This document shows positions 26,150-42,656 of a stretch of DNA of 64,000 bases, in pieces (position 1 is the first letter of the stretch; every line of letters begins with the position of its first letter). Below the pieces are notes generated by a model. That model was not told where the DNA came from. It made no database searches and saw only the letters and a list, made by a program, of their open reading frames with translations. The translations under genes were made by a program, and so were the position numbers. Source of the DNA: Eledone cirrhosa (Eukaryota). The DNA lies in assembly GCA_964016885.1 (NCBI GenBank), contig OZ024741.1, positions 367,412,001-367,476,000 on the forward strand, read 5' to 3'.

Positions 26150-26429
26150 ATCACAAAAAAAAAGAGAATCAGTGTTGCGACGAATGGAATTTATTGGACA
26201 TATTACAATCGTTTCTCTGGCGACCAGCTCGAGGCACGATCGATGTGATGATCGAACCTGACTCTGAAATCGCAAGGTCCTCATATGTCAAGACGTATCT
26301 GAGGACCTTGCGATTTCAGAGTCAGGTTCGATCATCACATCGATCGTGCCTGGAGCTGGTCGCCAGAGAAACGATTGTAATATGTCCAATAAATTCCATC
26401 CGTCGCAACACTGATTCTCTTTTTTTTTT

Positions 26430-26434
<5 letters not shown>
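26150..26434. mobile_element. Palindromic hammerhead cassette with extended stem II (type G)
   Basis: ~140-nt arms. Plus 26292-26386: GACGTAT-CTGAGGA-(~62 nt)-GAAA-CGATTG-TA-ATATGTC. The left-arm core is damaged at the inversion point. Right end joins (TA)n. Confidence 0.75.
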
Positions 26435-26483
<49 letters not shown>

Positions 26484-26914
26484 TGGGTATTTAAAGCACC
26501 ATTGTACTTAAAATGTTCAAACATTAAATGTATAAGCACTCAATACATTTAAGTAGGGTGTCAATTTTGTTCAAACCTGGAGAGGGTTGGGCTTCACCTG
26601 GTTTTAAAATGCCCTAGGCACGCTGTATGACACTGCCTCTACGACTCCACAAGGGGTTATGGGATCTTTATCCTTTTAAATATAGTGTATAGCAGTAACG
26701 TGTCTTTTGATCCATTTAAATAAAGAATGTGGTACACGCTTTAACTCGTCACACCACAGTAACACAAAAATGTGACATGTCATCAGCACCTCTTCAATCT
26801 GTGTCAATAGAACATAGTAGGCTATCAATATTTTTCATATATCTTTTACCTGTCACACATTCCAGCAAACCTTTCGCTGGTTGGATTTCATAGGACAAAT
26901 ATCATAGGACAGAT

Positions 26915-27830
26915 CCTGAACACTATAGATCTTGCTTGCAGTCTGACCTGGACACAATGCAACAATGGATCTCAGACTGGCAACTCAAGCTAGCTGTGGA
27001 CAAGTGCACCACCATGCATTTTGGGAGTAAAAACCCAGCGTCCACATACTCCCCCCACAGCACTAATATCAAGAAGTCTTCTTGTGAACGTCACCTGGGC
27101 ATTACGGTCAGCAGCAATTTGCGTTGGACGAAGCACGTCTCTAAAATTGTGAAGAGGGCCGAGGGTGTCTTAGCATCACTCAGCAAGACCTTTGTCAGCC
27201 GCTCTCCAGATATCTATTTAAGGCTGTACATGGCTATGGTGAGACCACACTTAGAATTTGCATCACCAGTCTGGAACCCCTATCTTGCTCAGAACATTGA
27301 CCGCCTGGAAACTGTTCAGAGACGTGCAACCAAGCGAATACCCTCCATCAGGCATCTACCATACTCTGAGCGCCTTGCTTCCCTGGGCATGGATACATTG
27401 AAGCTCCGACGCCTGGCAGCTGACTTGGTAAACACCCACAAAATTGTTAACCATGTTGCCAACAACAACCCTGAGTACCTTTTTGATTTCCATGTGTCTA
27501 ACACACGTGGACATGCCCACAAAGTCAGAAAACAGCACAGTTCCCATGACTTTCGGAAACATTTTTTCACGCTCAGAGTTGCTGAAGCATGGAACAAACT
27601 ACCTTCATCAGTTGTTAGCTGTCGAGACACTGCATCCTTTAAGGCCTCCATGCTTCCCGAGATCCGCCAACACTACAGCTAATGTTCCCCCTCCATACAC
27701 ATACACACATGTATACTATGACACTGTTCACTTCCCTGACATTTGTGTATTATTCTATGTACTATACATACACCTTTGACGAGTTGTAGTGCACCTGAGC
27801 ACTTTACACAATAATTTCATTATTATTATA
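26915..27830 (+). mobile_element. CR1-group LINE 3' fragment
   Basis: ORF 26936-27682: WQLKLAVDKC, VRPHLEFASPVWNP, LETVQRRATK, TRGH, FFTLRVAEAWNKLP; 3' stem GAGTTGTAGTGCACCTGAGCAC then (TTA)n. Minus-strand 3'-tail fragments at 41965-42150. Confidence 0.9.
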
Positions 27831-27908
27831 AAGTTCCTTGTAGTAGTAAGTACGTCACCCACTTATCAATGTGATAATAGACTAGCAAATATCAAATAAA
27901 GCAGTAAA

Positions 27909-27956
<48 letters not shown>

Positions 27957-27961
27957 ATACA

Positions 27962-28015
<54 letters not shown>

Positions 28016-28131
28016 AGAAAGAAAGAGAGAGGAGGGTGGAAGAGAGAGAGAGAAAGAGAGATAGATGGATGGATATATAAATAGTAGATAAATAGATAGG
28101 TGGATGGATAGATTGATTGATTGATATAGAT

Positions 28132-28201
<70 letters not shown>

Positions 28202-29151
28202 TTCACTCATAAGGCATTGGTCAACCAAAGGCTAAAGTAGTAAACAGTTGCCCAAGATGCCACTCAGTTGAACCGAACCCAGATCAAACCAGGTGTTTAC
28301 GAAACGAGCGTCACACATGCATATGTCTGTATACAGGCGTCGGCTTTGTATATCAGTCAATGGGGTAAACATCGACGTAAACGCTAATAAAGCAGAACTT
28401 TCGAATGAAGTCCTTTATCATATTTGTTCCACCGGAGTTGTACAGACACTCCCATGTCCTTCTCGCCATCGTAAATACCAGCGATTGGTCCGTAAGCAAT
28501 GACATTTTTCACAAAATGTTATATACAAAATTATAATATAGGAATAAAACAATATTCCAGTAGTATGATAGAAATATCCTCGTTATTCAAACAACGAAGC
28601 CGGCAAACGGTGGATCATATAATACTGCTAGAATTAGCAGCCAAATCTTTCTTAAATCAAACCCTACCGTTTTAGAAAAAGAAAGGTACACATTGAGTAC
28701 CCAACGCCCAAGAAGGAATTAAAACAATTAGGGACCCCGAGCTAGTAACTTAATGAAACTTTAAAGTAGATGAATATATAGGCCTACACATAGAACACTG
28801 CTGAGATTCCAGCATTGATCCATACCAATCTCTAGAACAGAGTTGACACCCAAAGACATATGAATGTATTGGTTAATAATTATAATATTCTAAATTTGAC
28901 AAAATCAATAGCTATATATTAAAATATATTTAATAAATACCTAAAATGGAATGGACCCTCTCCTGGATTATAAGGTTCTTGGCTTCAGCTGACATAGCGT
29001 ATAGGTAAATCCAACACTGACAATACGAGTACCGAGGCTGCTCATGATTGGAATGCTGTTAATCATAGATCCGTCAGATCGAGGCTGGCCCTGTACTAAA
29101 TAACAACTAAGCCATCAAGAGTATCACACTGACTCATTGCTTTAGTATATA

Positions 29152-29185
29152 CTAGCAGAATTGCCCGACCTTGCTCGGGATTTGC
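29152..29185 (-). mobile_element. Helitron-like 3' terminus
   Basis: Minus: hairpin CCCGAGCAAGGTCGGG, 8 nt, then CTAG|T. Confidence 0.55.
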
Positions 29186-29290
29186 TCTAGGGTTCTTATA
29201 TATTTGATATATATTTATCTTTATCGAGCCTCGTGAAATAAATACATTTGTTTATATTATGTTATTGTGTATGCAAAAATATCTGTACGC

Positions 29291-29362
<72 letters not shown>

Positions 29363-29479
29363 TAAAATAACAGATTAAAGTTCAAGCAAAGAATCGCTGC
29401 TTTCACCCTTAACGGGATCTCCTGAAACTAAAAAAATCAATCTGTGAACGCAGAAGTAAATATTTCGAAAAACGTTACA

Positions 29480-29523
<44 letters not shown>

Positions 29524-30514
29524 GTAAATAACACTCTAAGATCCACTTCATAGATTTAAACACCAAAAGTACTTTTTTTATTCAATGGTTCAACGCGCGG
29601 CTCTGTTTTTCTATTATGTATATTGAGATTGTATGTGTAAAGTCTATTTTGAGTCTAGTTTTGATCAACTGTTGCTTCAATTTGGCTCAAAAGTTAACTT
29701 GTGTAAGAAATATGATAAGGACTTTCACAGTGTGATGTCGAACCAACCAGAAAGCTGTTGCGTTAAACAAAAAAATGCCATATCCAGTGGCGGATTAAAG
29801 GTGGAGGCTGATTGGGCAATAGCTAAATACCCCTAATGTTTAATTAATATTTTTGCTATCTTAAATAATATGCAAGGGTCCGATGAAACTTCAACCACAG
29901 GCTCCATACAATCTTAGTTCAACCCTAACCATATCTAGATGTGTATTAAATACATCACATCTCTAATACTGTTTACAATTTACTGTTTACTTTCAAAATA
30001 ACACCCTCCTAAAACCGCATCCCTATAAATACCACTTTCATTATACCAATGATTCTCAACCGAGAGCCACGTAGCTTCCAGGGACAGAATTCTAACCAAG
30101 GGAGGAATAATTATAAATATATCAAATGAAAATACTAATATACTCGACTATGAAGGCGATGACGAACGAATTAACAGCTCACAAAAAAACTGCTCCTTCA
30201 TATTGAATCCTCTTTCAGACTTCTACAATTATTGAGTAAAAGTTTACTCATATTAATATGGTGCTTGGGTGAAAAATTATTGAACAACAAATTCAAAATG
30301 GGAAGAAATTAAAGAAAGCAGGGATTGTAAGGGGATGAATATGATAAGGGTCTCCGAGAACACTGCTCTATATATTGCCAGACAAAAACTATAAACAATC
30401 ATCACTGAACGAAAAGCAAAGTTAGCTTCGACAGGTTTTGAAATCAGAACGTAAAGAACCAGAACGAATACCACATACCAATATATTTTGTCCAACAACC
30501 TACCGATTCTATTA

Positions 30515-30765
30515 ATCCTCTACCCATAGCTACTTGATTTATAAATCACAATCATCGAGCACATAAAGGTCGACTAACGGTCCACCGATTCTGTCAATTT
30601 CCTACCCCTAGCTACTTGATTTATAAATCACAATCATCGGGCACATAAAGGTCAACTGACGCTCTGCCAATCCTGTCAATCCCTTACTCTTAACTACTTG
30701 ATCCATAAATCACAAACATCCAGCACATAAAGGTCGACTGACGCTATACCGATCCTGTCAATCTT
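30515..30765. repeat. Minisatellite, ~81-nt unit, ~3 copies
   Basis: TAGCTACTTGATTTATAAATCACAATCATCG.GCACATAAAGGTC.ACT.ACG...ACCGAT.CTGTCAAT repeated. Confidence 0.8.
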
Positions 30766-31282
30766 TGCCGTTCGACATATAAAGTATATTGTCAGATATA
30801 TAACAGTCGCCAGACGGGATCAGAGACAATGATTTCTAGGACATGAGATCGCATCTCACACTATGCTGTCCCTGCAGCTAAATAGATTAAGTACCAGGCA
30901 TATATATGGCTTTTTACTTCAGAATATAAAGGCGCGTGGCTTATTGGTGAGAGTGTTCGGCTCCCGACTGTACGGTTATATGTTCTAATCCCAGCGCCAC
31001 CCTGTATCTTTGAACAAGATACACTCAATTAGTAACAATGAGGTCTACCTATAATTTAAAAGACCAGCTTGTCAAAATATATTTCATGCTGAATCTTTCT
31101 AAGAATTACGTTAAGAGTACACTTATCTATGGATCGCTCAGTCACTTGTTCCGTCGATCGAATCCACTGGAATACTTTTGGTCGGAACCGATGGAAATGG
31201 AAGTCGAACAACATCAACATAAACAACAATTTGTGCGGTAGATATAATTTGTCGGCCAGTTTAACGCCATCTACTGGTCAGT

Positions 31283-31440
31283 GGGGCGGCGAATTGTCGG
31301 GTCGTTAGAGCATCGGATAAAATGCTTTGTAGTATTCATTTCGGCTCTGTTCTCTGAGTTCAAATCCCGTCGAGGTCAACTTTGCCTTTCATCCATTCAA
31401 GGTCGATAAAAAAGTACCAGTCAAATACTGGGTCGGTTCT
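31283..31440 (+). mobile_element. tRNA-derived SINE
   Basis: GAGTTCAAATCCCGTCGAGGTCAACTTTGCCTTTCATCC body. Confidence 0.82.
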
Positions 31441-31952
31441 TCCTCTATATCTCTTTCTCACTTCCTTTCTCTCACTCTCTCTATCCTTCTCTGGAAGAAA
31501 TCTGAAGTATTCATACCTGGAGAGGAGATGGCTCCGCCATGTTTAAATATGGCGCCTCTACCACTCCTCAGGAGTTACGAGTTCATACCATACTATTACT
31601 GGTCAGTGGATTCTTTTAGCGGAGTCCACTCATCGTCGGAATCAACGGAGGTCCAACAGACATCTCTCTGCTAGTATAAACATGATTAGTAACATCACAC
31701 AGGTCTGTTAATAGCTGTAAATCCCGGGCTCTCGGGGGATTTACTTACAAATACTGTCAGATTAAACATGTAAATACTCAGAGTTGTAAACAATGTTCTT
31801 CTCCATGTATCTAAATAATTAAATAACAAAACATACATATATACGTAGGTACGTACATATATACATACATATTCATACATACATATGCATGTATACATAC
31901 ATATACATACATACATAAATACAGATACGTGCATATACATACATATACATTC

Positions 31953-31986
<34 letters not shown>

Positions 31987-32066
31987 GCATACATACATGC
32001 ATACATACATATATACATATATGCATAGATAAATGCATACATATACAAACATACATACATGCCTAC

Positions 32067-32106
<40 letters not shown>

Positions 32107-32177
32107 GTAGGTCCCGGGTTGAGTCGGGGATAACCACAGTAAGTAAGGTACTCAATACATGGCAGAGTAAAATTTTT

Positions 32178-32310
32178 TTATTTTATAGAAGGAGCTTCTA
32201 CAGGACTAGTACTGTTTCATTCAGATGAAATCTTCAGGAAGCTGAGCTTCCTGAAGATTTCATCTGAATGAAACAGTACTAGTCCTGTAGAAGCTCCTTC
32301 TATAAAATAA
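32178..32310. mobile_element. Short perfect palindrome carrying hammerhead motifs on both strands (type H)
   Basis: Plus 32244-32296: GAGCTTC-CTGAAGA-TTTCATCTGAAT-GAAA-CAGTACTAG-TC-CTGTAGAAGCTC; mirror image at 32192-32243; between TA tracts. Confidence 0.65.
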
Positions 32311-32317
32311 TTTAAAA

Positions 32318-32349
<32 letters not shown>

Positions 32350-32394
32350 ATGAAAGGTATAGAAAACATTGTAGCAAAAAGCCAACAGTATTCC

Positions 32395-32482
<88 letters not shown>

Positions 32483-32611
32483 CATACATGCATGTATACA
32501 TACATACATAAACAAAGATACACACATACATAAATATACATATACACATATGCATACATATACATTACATATACATACACACTGTACATACATACATACT
32601 TACATACATAC

Positions 32612-33839
<1,228 letters not shown>

Positions 33840-35247
33840 ATACATACATACATACATACATACATACATACATACATACATACATACATACATACACACA
33901 TTCATACAATCATTGATATATTTATATATATTTAGAAGATTTTAAACAATAACTTTCCAAGTTCTACCGTCGTTTCAAACACTTTCACCGTGTAATCTGG
34001 AGGAAAAGTTTGTTGTCGTTGTTGTTGCTCTTATTATTGTAGTTGTTGTTCTTGTTGCTGTTCTTGTGGTTGTTGTTGTTGTTGTCGTTGTTGTTATTGT
34101 GGTTGTTGTCGTTATTGTTTGGCGTGAGGTTAGCCTTGGTATTTTTATGGCTTGTTCAAGCAAGGGAGGGCTGTGCATATGACTTTTTTCAGACTCTCCG
34201 AAACTGATAGGAGGAAAGTGGGGAAGTTATCCTCAAACCAGAGACAGTCTTGGCCGGAATGCTTTAAAAAAAGTGGACTCTCCTAAAGATATCCATTGAC
34301 CAGTAGATGGCGTTACACTAGTCAACGAATTATTTCTACCACACATGTACTTCCATCGGTCCCAACAAAACGTGTACCAGTTGTTCGTACAATGGAACCG
34401 CCTGTTCTTGAAATTAACGTGCAAATGGCTGACACATGTACCCTTAACGTAGTTCTCAGGAAGACTCAGTGTGACCAGGTCCTATGAGCGGGGTTCCAGC
34501 GGTACTTTGTTCCATGGTCCAAGAGTTAAGAAGATCCCACAGCAACCATGCAACATTCATTTTGAGAAAAATCTTTGCCTGCTTCGGGCCCCAAAGAGGT
34601 CTTATACCGCCTTGTAAATTTTTTTCTTGGAGGCCCTGAGTGTGACACAATGTGTGGAAATGTTGGTTCTTAGAATTACGGGTACAACGCATTTCGTTGC
34701 ACATCTGCAGCATCGTCAGTGGTGCTATTGTTTCCTCCCGTTGCATTGTATTTTCTACGCCATCTTTATTTAGTCTGTTTATATATTTATTTATTTATTT
34801 TTTTGTCTTCTTTGCGCATGCGTTTGCGTGTGTGTATAGTGTTTTGTTTGATGTGTGTTCGTGGTTGGGTGACTGTGTATTGGTTAATGTATTCTATCTT
34901 TACTAGTGTGTGTTTATATGTGTTTGTTGTTATTGTGCTTGTGTATGTATTTATTTATTTATCTATTTATTTATTTATTTATATTTCTCTTAGGTCAGTG
35001 TTGTTTGTTTGGGTGTTGTTGTTATTCCATTCATTTTTTTTCTGTTTAGCCATGGCCTTCTAAGTTCTATTTCACTGGCCTCTCTGATTTGCCTATCTGC
35101 TGGGTCATTTCTATGTTTAGATATTATTCTAATTTCTATGTTGTCTATGTTACCGTCGTGTTGTTGTCTGGCATGTTCGTATACGAATATATATATATAT
35201 ATAAATATATATATAAGATCAAAAGATGGTTAAAAGAGTTCCATGTA

Positions 35248-35314
35248 TTTTATTATGCGCATTTCAAAAACAAATATCATCATGAGATGACATTTGCGTT
35301 TTCGTCAGATAAAA
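35248..35314 (-). ncRNA. Hammerhead ribozyme motif (type D variant) in a solo pLTR 35214-35420
   Basis: Minus: TTTTAT-CTGACGA-AAACGCAAATGTCAT..ATGATATTTGTTTTT-GAAA-TGCGCA-TA-ATAAAA. Confidence 0.82.
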
Positions 35315-35523
35315 TAGGGAGACATGATATGAAGGTTAAAAAACACTTGTGAATAGTGCAGTTTTAAATCAACATATGAAAAGTAATTTAAGATTGATGT
35401 GTGATATTGGGAAAAAAAATGAGGGGTCCTACTCGTTCCTATTACCCACTCTACTACCCTAAGTATTGAGTACTTTGGTGCGTTATGGTCCACCTGGTTC
35501 CTTACCACATTTCCTTCGTTATA

Positions 35524-35568
<45 letters not shown>

Positions 35569-35621
35569 CAGGAAAGAAGAGTGACACGGTTTGCTATACA
35601 AAAAAGGTTTTTAATCTCATT

Positions 35622-35727
35622 GCTGACAATTGTTTCTCTGAACTGGTAGGTCTAGAGATCGCTATCCGCTTGTTTTCGCGTTACTCGATCGCCAATACAA
35701 AATTATAACCAGTCAGTTCATCGGAGC
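35622..35727 (-). ncRNA. Hammerhead-like motif with CCGANGA core and long stem II (family I)
   Basis: Minus: GCT-CCGATGA-ACTGACTGG...CCAGTTCAGA-GAAA-CAATTG-TC-AGC; second copy at 46145-46250. Confidence 0.6.
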
Positions 35728-37029
35728 TTGCGAGAATGAAGAGAATATACAGGCATGAAAGGAATATACAGGCTACTATATGTAGTAGTAATGGCATTCA
35801 GTTAGAATAATAACAACAATATCAACAATGCTAGCAATAAAATATTTGAAATAATCACAATATCAATCTAGGTGGGGAGTATAGTATATCTATGATTTTA
35901 GCGTGTAAAACTAGCTGACATGAAGCAGATGTATAAAATTGACATGTAAGGACTGTCGTAGGCTGTATTATATCAAGTGTAAAGAAAAGCTGGTGTTTTT
36001 AAACAATGTAGTTCAGGTGGCCGTAATAGTCGGTTTTTATCTGACCGATGAAGTATTTATCACTGTAGTAGAATTTGTGTGGTCTATATTAGATGAGAGT
36101 TCAGTCTATCTTTTCCATCCTCAATAACATACATGTATAGGACAACACTGACAAAGCTAAATAAGATGGGTATATTTTAAAGAGGTGTATGTATATGTGC
36201 CTTTGAGAAAAGATTCTAAATTGATAAAGAATTGAATATTAACTGTATACTCTGTGAAAAGTCCTATGGAATTTATGCAGGCAGATAGAAAACAAATCTG
36301 TACGTCTATTTATTATAGAATCTAGGTTAGAGATAATGGTAAATTTTTCATTTAGGCAGAGATTACAGATTTTAGATAGAGAGCTGTTCAAGTATGAGGA
36401 TGCAGAAGAAACCTTCTTCCAAAAGATGGTATATTTAATGTTTTTGTCTTTCAAGGACCATATGAGTTCTGAGAGAGCCGTGTTGGTTCTTTTAAGTTTG
36501 TATTTGAAAGATGAATGATGATTGTAGAGACGAGCTTTAAAAGAGGTGGAAGTGGAGCCAAAATAGGTGAAGGAATTGGTGCTAGTTATAACTTTACATT
36601 CATAAATTAAGTTTTTATCGAGACAATGGTTGTTGAGAGGACATTTATTTTTAATGCGGCAGTTGCAATTAGAGAGATTATTAATGAGTGACCTAGTGTT
36701 ATCTATAGAAGGAATTGGATTGGAGAAGTTGTTTGCGATAGGAATAATAGGAATAATAGTTTCTTGATTTAGAGTTGGATTATGAACATTTAGCGAAGTT
36801 GTGTTTGACGTTGTATTTGGGTTTACAGAAGTTAGCCTAGAGTTTACAATGACGTCGGGAGTACTATTACTGTTATTATGAAATTCAATGTTGGAAGGAA
36901 GAGAATTAGTATTTAGTATTTTATTGTTGTGTTTAGAGATGATGTTGGAAATATTGGAGGATGTAGAATAAGAAAATTTGATGGTGTGTTTGTTAAATAT
37001 TTTACTATAGATATCAAATTGAATAAATT

Positions 37030-38796
37030 TTGGTTTGTTTTTATTATCCAATTTGTTATATCCCACAGGTTAGTTCTAATTGCTCTTCTTTGAACCTAAA
37101 TTTATGGTTTGGTACTTCTGAAGTGATTGGCTGGTTCAACAAATTGGATAATAAAAACAAACTAAAATTTATTCAATTTGATATTGCCAGCTACTATTCC
37201 TCCATTTCGCCTTCACTTCTCAATAATGCTCTATCTTTCGCACTTAAATATTCTGACATCACCACAGATGAACTTCACATCATCCTCACCGCACGTAAAA
37301 CCATCCTAGAGTTCAACAACGAATATTGGACCAGAGCCGATACCTCTAACAACTTCGACATCACAATGGGAGCATCCGATTCATCCCAATTGACTGATTT
37401 AATTGGTATCTTCATTTTGAACTCTTTGAGTCGGAAAATTCCTCAACTTCGCGGTGGAATTTATCGTGACGATGGACTCTTTACTATCCTAAATTGCAAT
37501 ATAGTTAACCTTAATATTATTAAGAACAATATACGTAATCTCTTTAACCAACATAACCTAAAAATTGAATTTGATAATAGTATCAAACTAGCTAATTTCT
37601 TGGATGTATCTCTTAATCTTGACACTGGCCTATATTACCCTTACCATAAAAACAATGAGAACCTAAATTATGTTAACTTTAAATCTAACCATCCTACCAA
37701 TATCAAGAATGCTATAGTTAGTAATATTGGAAAAAGAATATCTAACATATCTTCTAATAAAAACATCTTTGATGCTAACGCCAATTACTATAATAACGCA
37801 CTTTCTAAAGCCGGCTATCCAGATAAAATCAAATATAGTAAAGAAACAAATTCTAGAAAAACTTACAGTAGAATAATTAATCATGATCATTCCAATAATT
37901 TTAATAAAAGACCTAGATACAAAAACATAATCTGGTATAATGCTCCTTTCTCCATCTCTATTAATAACAATATTCCTAAATTATTTTTTAGTGCCTTAAA
38001 TAAATGCTTCCCTTCCTCACATATCTATAGTAAAATATTTAACAAACACACCATCAAATTTTCTTATTCTACATCCTCCAATATTTCCAACATCATCTCT
38101 AAACACAACAATAAAATACTAAATACTAATTCTCTTCCTTCCAACATTGAATTTCATAATAACAGTAATAGTACTCCCGACGTCATTGTAAACTCTAGGC
38201 TAACTTCTGTAAACCCAAATACAACGTCAAACACAACTTCGCTAAATGTTCATAATCCAACTCTAAATCAAGAAACTATTATTCCTATTATTCCTATCGC
38301 AAACAACTTCTCCAATCCAATTCCTTCTATAGATAACACTAGGTCACTCATTAATAATCTCTCTAATTGCAACTGCCGCATTAAAAATAAATGTCCTCTC
38401 AACAACCATTGTCTCGATAAAAACTTAATTTATGAATGTAAAGTTATAACTAGCACCAATTCCTTCACCTATTTTGGCTCCACTTCCACCTCTTTTAAAG
38501 CTCGTCTCTACAATCATCATTCATCTTTCAAATACAAACTTAAAAGAACCAACACGGCTCTCTCAGAACTCATATGGCCCTTGAAAGACAAAAACATTAA
38601 ATATACCATCTTTTGGAAGAAGGTTTCTTCTGCATCCTCATACTTGAACAGCTCTCTATCTAAAATCTGTAATCTCTGCCTAAATGAAAAATTTACCATT
38701 ATCTCTAACCTAGATTCTATAATAAATAGACGTACAGATTTGTTTTCTATCTGCCTGCATAAATTCCATAGGACTTTTCACAAAGTATACAGTTAA
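37030..38796 (+). CDS. Penelope-type reverse transcriptase-GIY-YIG endonuclease (N-terminally truncated, otherwise open)
   Basis: FIQFDIASYYSSI, ITMGASDSSQLTDL, IYRDDGL, NFLDV, SNHP, CNCRIKNKCPLNNHC, LIYECKV..YFGST..FKARLYNH. Confidence 0.9.
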   Translation: MVCFYYPICYIPQVSSNCSSLNLNLWFGTSEVIGWFNKLDNKNKLKFIQFDIASYYSSISPSLLNNALSFALKYSDITTDELHIILTARKTILEFNNEYWTRADTSNNFDITMGASDSSQLTDLIGIFILNSLSRKIPQLRGGIYRDDGLFTILNCNIVNLNIIKNNIRNLFNQHNLKIEFDNSIKLANFLDVSLNLDTGLYYPYHKNNENLNYVNFKSNHPTNIKNAIVSNIGKRISNISSNKNIFDANANYYNNALSKAGYPDKIKYSKETNSRKTYSRIINHDHSNNFNKRPRYKNIIWYNAPFSISINNNIPKLFFSALNKCFPSSHIYSKIFNKHTIKFSYSTSSNISNIISKHNNKILNTNSLPSNIEFHNNSNSTPDVIVNSRLTSVNPNTTSNTTSLNVHNPTLNQETIIPIIPIANNFSNPIPSIDNTRSLINNLSNCNCRIKNKCPLNNHCLDKNLIYECKVITSTNSFTYFGSTSTSFKARLYNHHSSFKYKLKRTNTALSELIWPLKDKNIKYTIFWKKVSSASSYLNSSLSKICNLCLNEKFTIISNLDSIINRRTDLFSICLHKFHRTFHKVYS

Positions 38797-39835
38797 TATT
38801 CAATTCTTTATCAATTTAGAATCTTTTCTCAAAGGCACATATACATACACCTCTTTAAAATATACCCATCTTCCTACCTTACTTCAAAGGGCATTATACA
38901 TTCTATAATACTTGTTTACTCATTACCCTCTTTCTATCTTCACCTTGTAAAATCCTTCATAACATATACATTTGTTTTTTTGACGTTAGAATATTCATCC
39001 GCAATTATTATTATTTTTTCTCTCTATCATAAAACTTTTTAATCTCAATTTCATCCTTAATTTATTATTATTTTTTTTTTTTTTTCTCCCCATCAACGAA
39101 CTCATTCTTAATACATATTAACTCTTTATTCGCACATATCAATTCCTTCAATATACAAACTTTAACTTCACATTATTTTTCTCAAATCCTTCTACACACA
39201 AACCTTAATAATTTTTTCTCTTCGTTAATTTTGAAATTACCACAATACTTATCAACATACCCTTTTTTTTACGTTAGAATATTCATCCACAATTATTATT
39301 TTTTCTCTCTATCTTCATACATAAATTCCCTTCGTTAATTTTCAAATTCTTTTAATTTATACATTATCTTCCAACGGTTCTCAACCTCTCTATGTAAAAC
39401 AATATATCTTTTCTCAGTTATAAAAACTATCTCTTTCTCTCTATCACCCATCTCTCCCTCTCCACCTTCACTCTCATCTCCTCCCCCTTTTTTTCATCCT
39501 TTCCACCCACCCCCCTCCCTAAATAAAACATTTTTTCCTCATACATATCTTCCCTTCGTTAATTTTCAAATTCTTTTAATTTATACATTATCTTCCAACG
39601 GTTTTCAACCTCTCTATGTAAAACAATATATCTTCTCTCAGTTATAAAAACTATCTCTTTCTCTCTATCACCCATCTCTCCCTCTCATCTCCTCCCCTTT
39701 TTCATCCTCCCCCCCCCCTCTCTAAATAAAATATTTTTCCCAATATCACACATCAATCTAAAACCACTTTTCATATGTTGATTTAAAACTGCACTATCCA
39801 CAAGTGTTTTTTAGCCTTCATATCATGTTCTCCTG

Positions 39836-39902
39836 TTTTATCTGATGAAAACACAAATATTATTGCATGATGATGTTTGTTTTTGAAATGCGCATAATAA
39901 AA
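39836..39902 (+). ncRNA. Hammerhead ribozyme motif (type D) at the Penelope 3' end
   Basis: Same sequence as 7077-7143. Confidence 0.87.
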
Positions 39903-39959
39903 TACATGGAACTCCTTTAACCATCTTTTGATCTTATATATTATATATATATATATTCA

Positions 39960-42610
<2,651 letters not shown>

Positions 42611-42656
42611 CATATATATATATATATTTATATATATATATACATATATATATATA

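Larger units (their letters stand above)
36163..39938 (+). mobile_element. Penelope-like element, 5'-truncated, with an inverted 5' duplication
   Basis: 36163-37010 is the reverse complement of ~38020-38870; RT-EN ORF; ~1.1-kb 3' UTR ending in a hammerhead pLTR and TA repeat. Confidence 0.93.

Noticed and set aside
29385-29435. Minus-strand hammerhead-like CAGGAGA-TCCC..GGGT-GAAA
   Set aside because: The core deviates at several conserved positions and stem I is not evident.
30515-30765. CRISPR-like repeat array
   Set aside because: The units are full tandem repeats without unique spacers, the context is eukaryotic and there are no cas genes.
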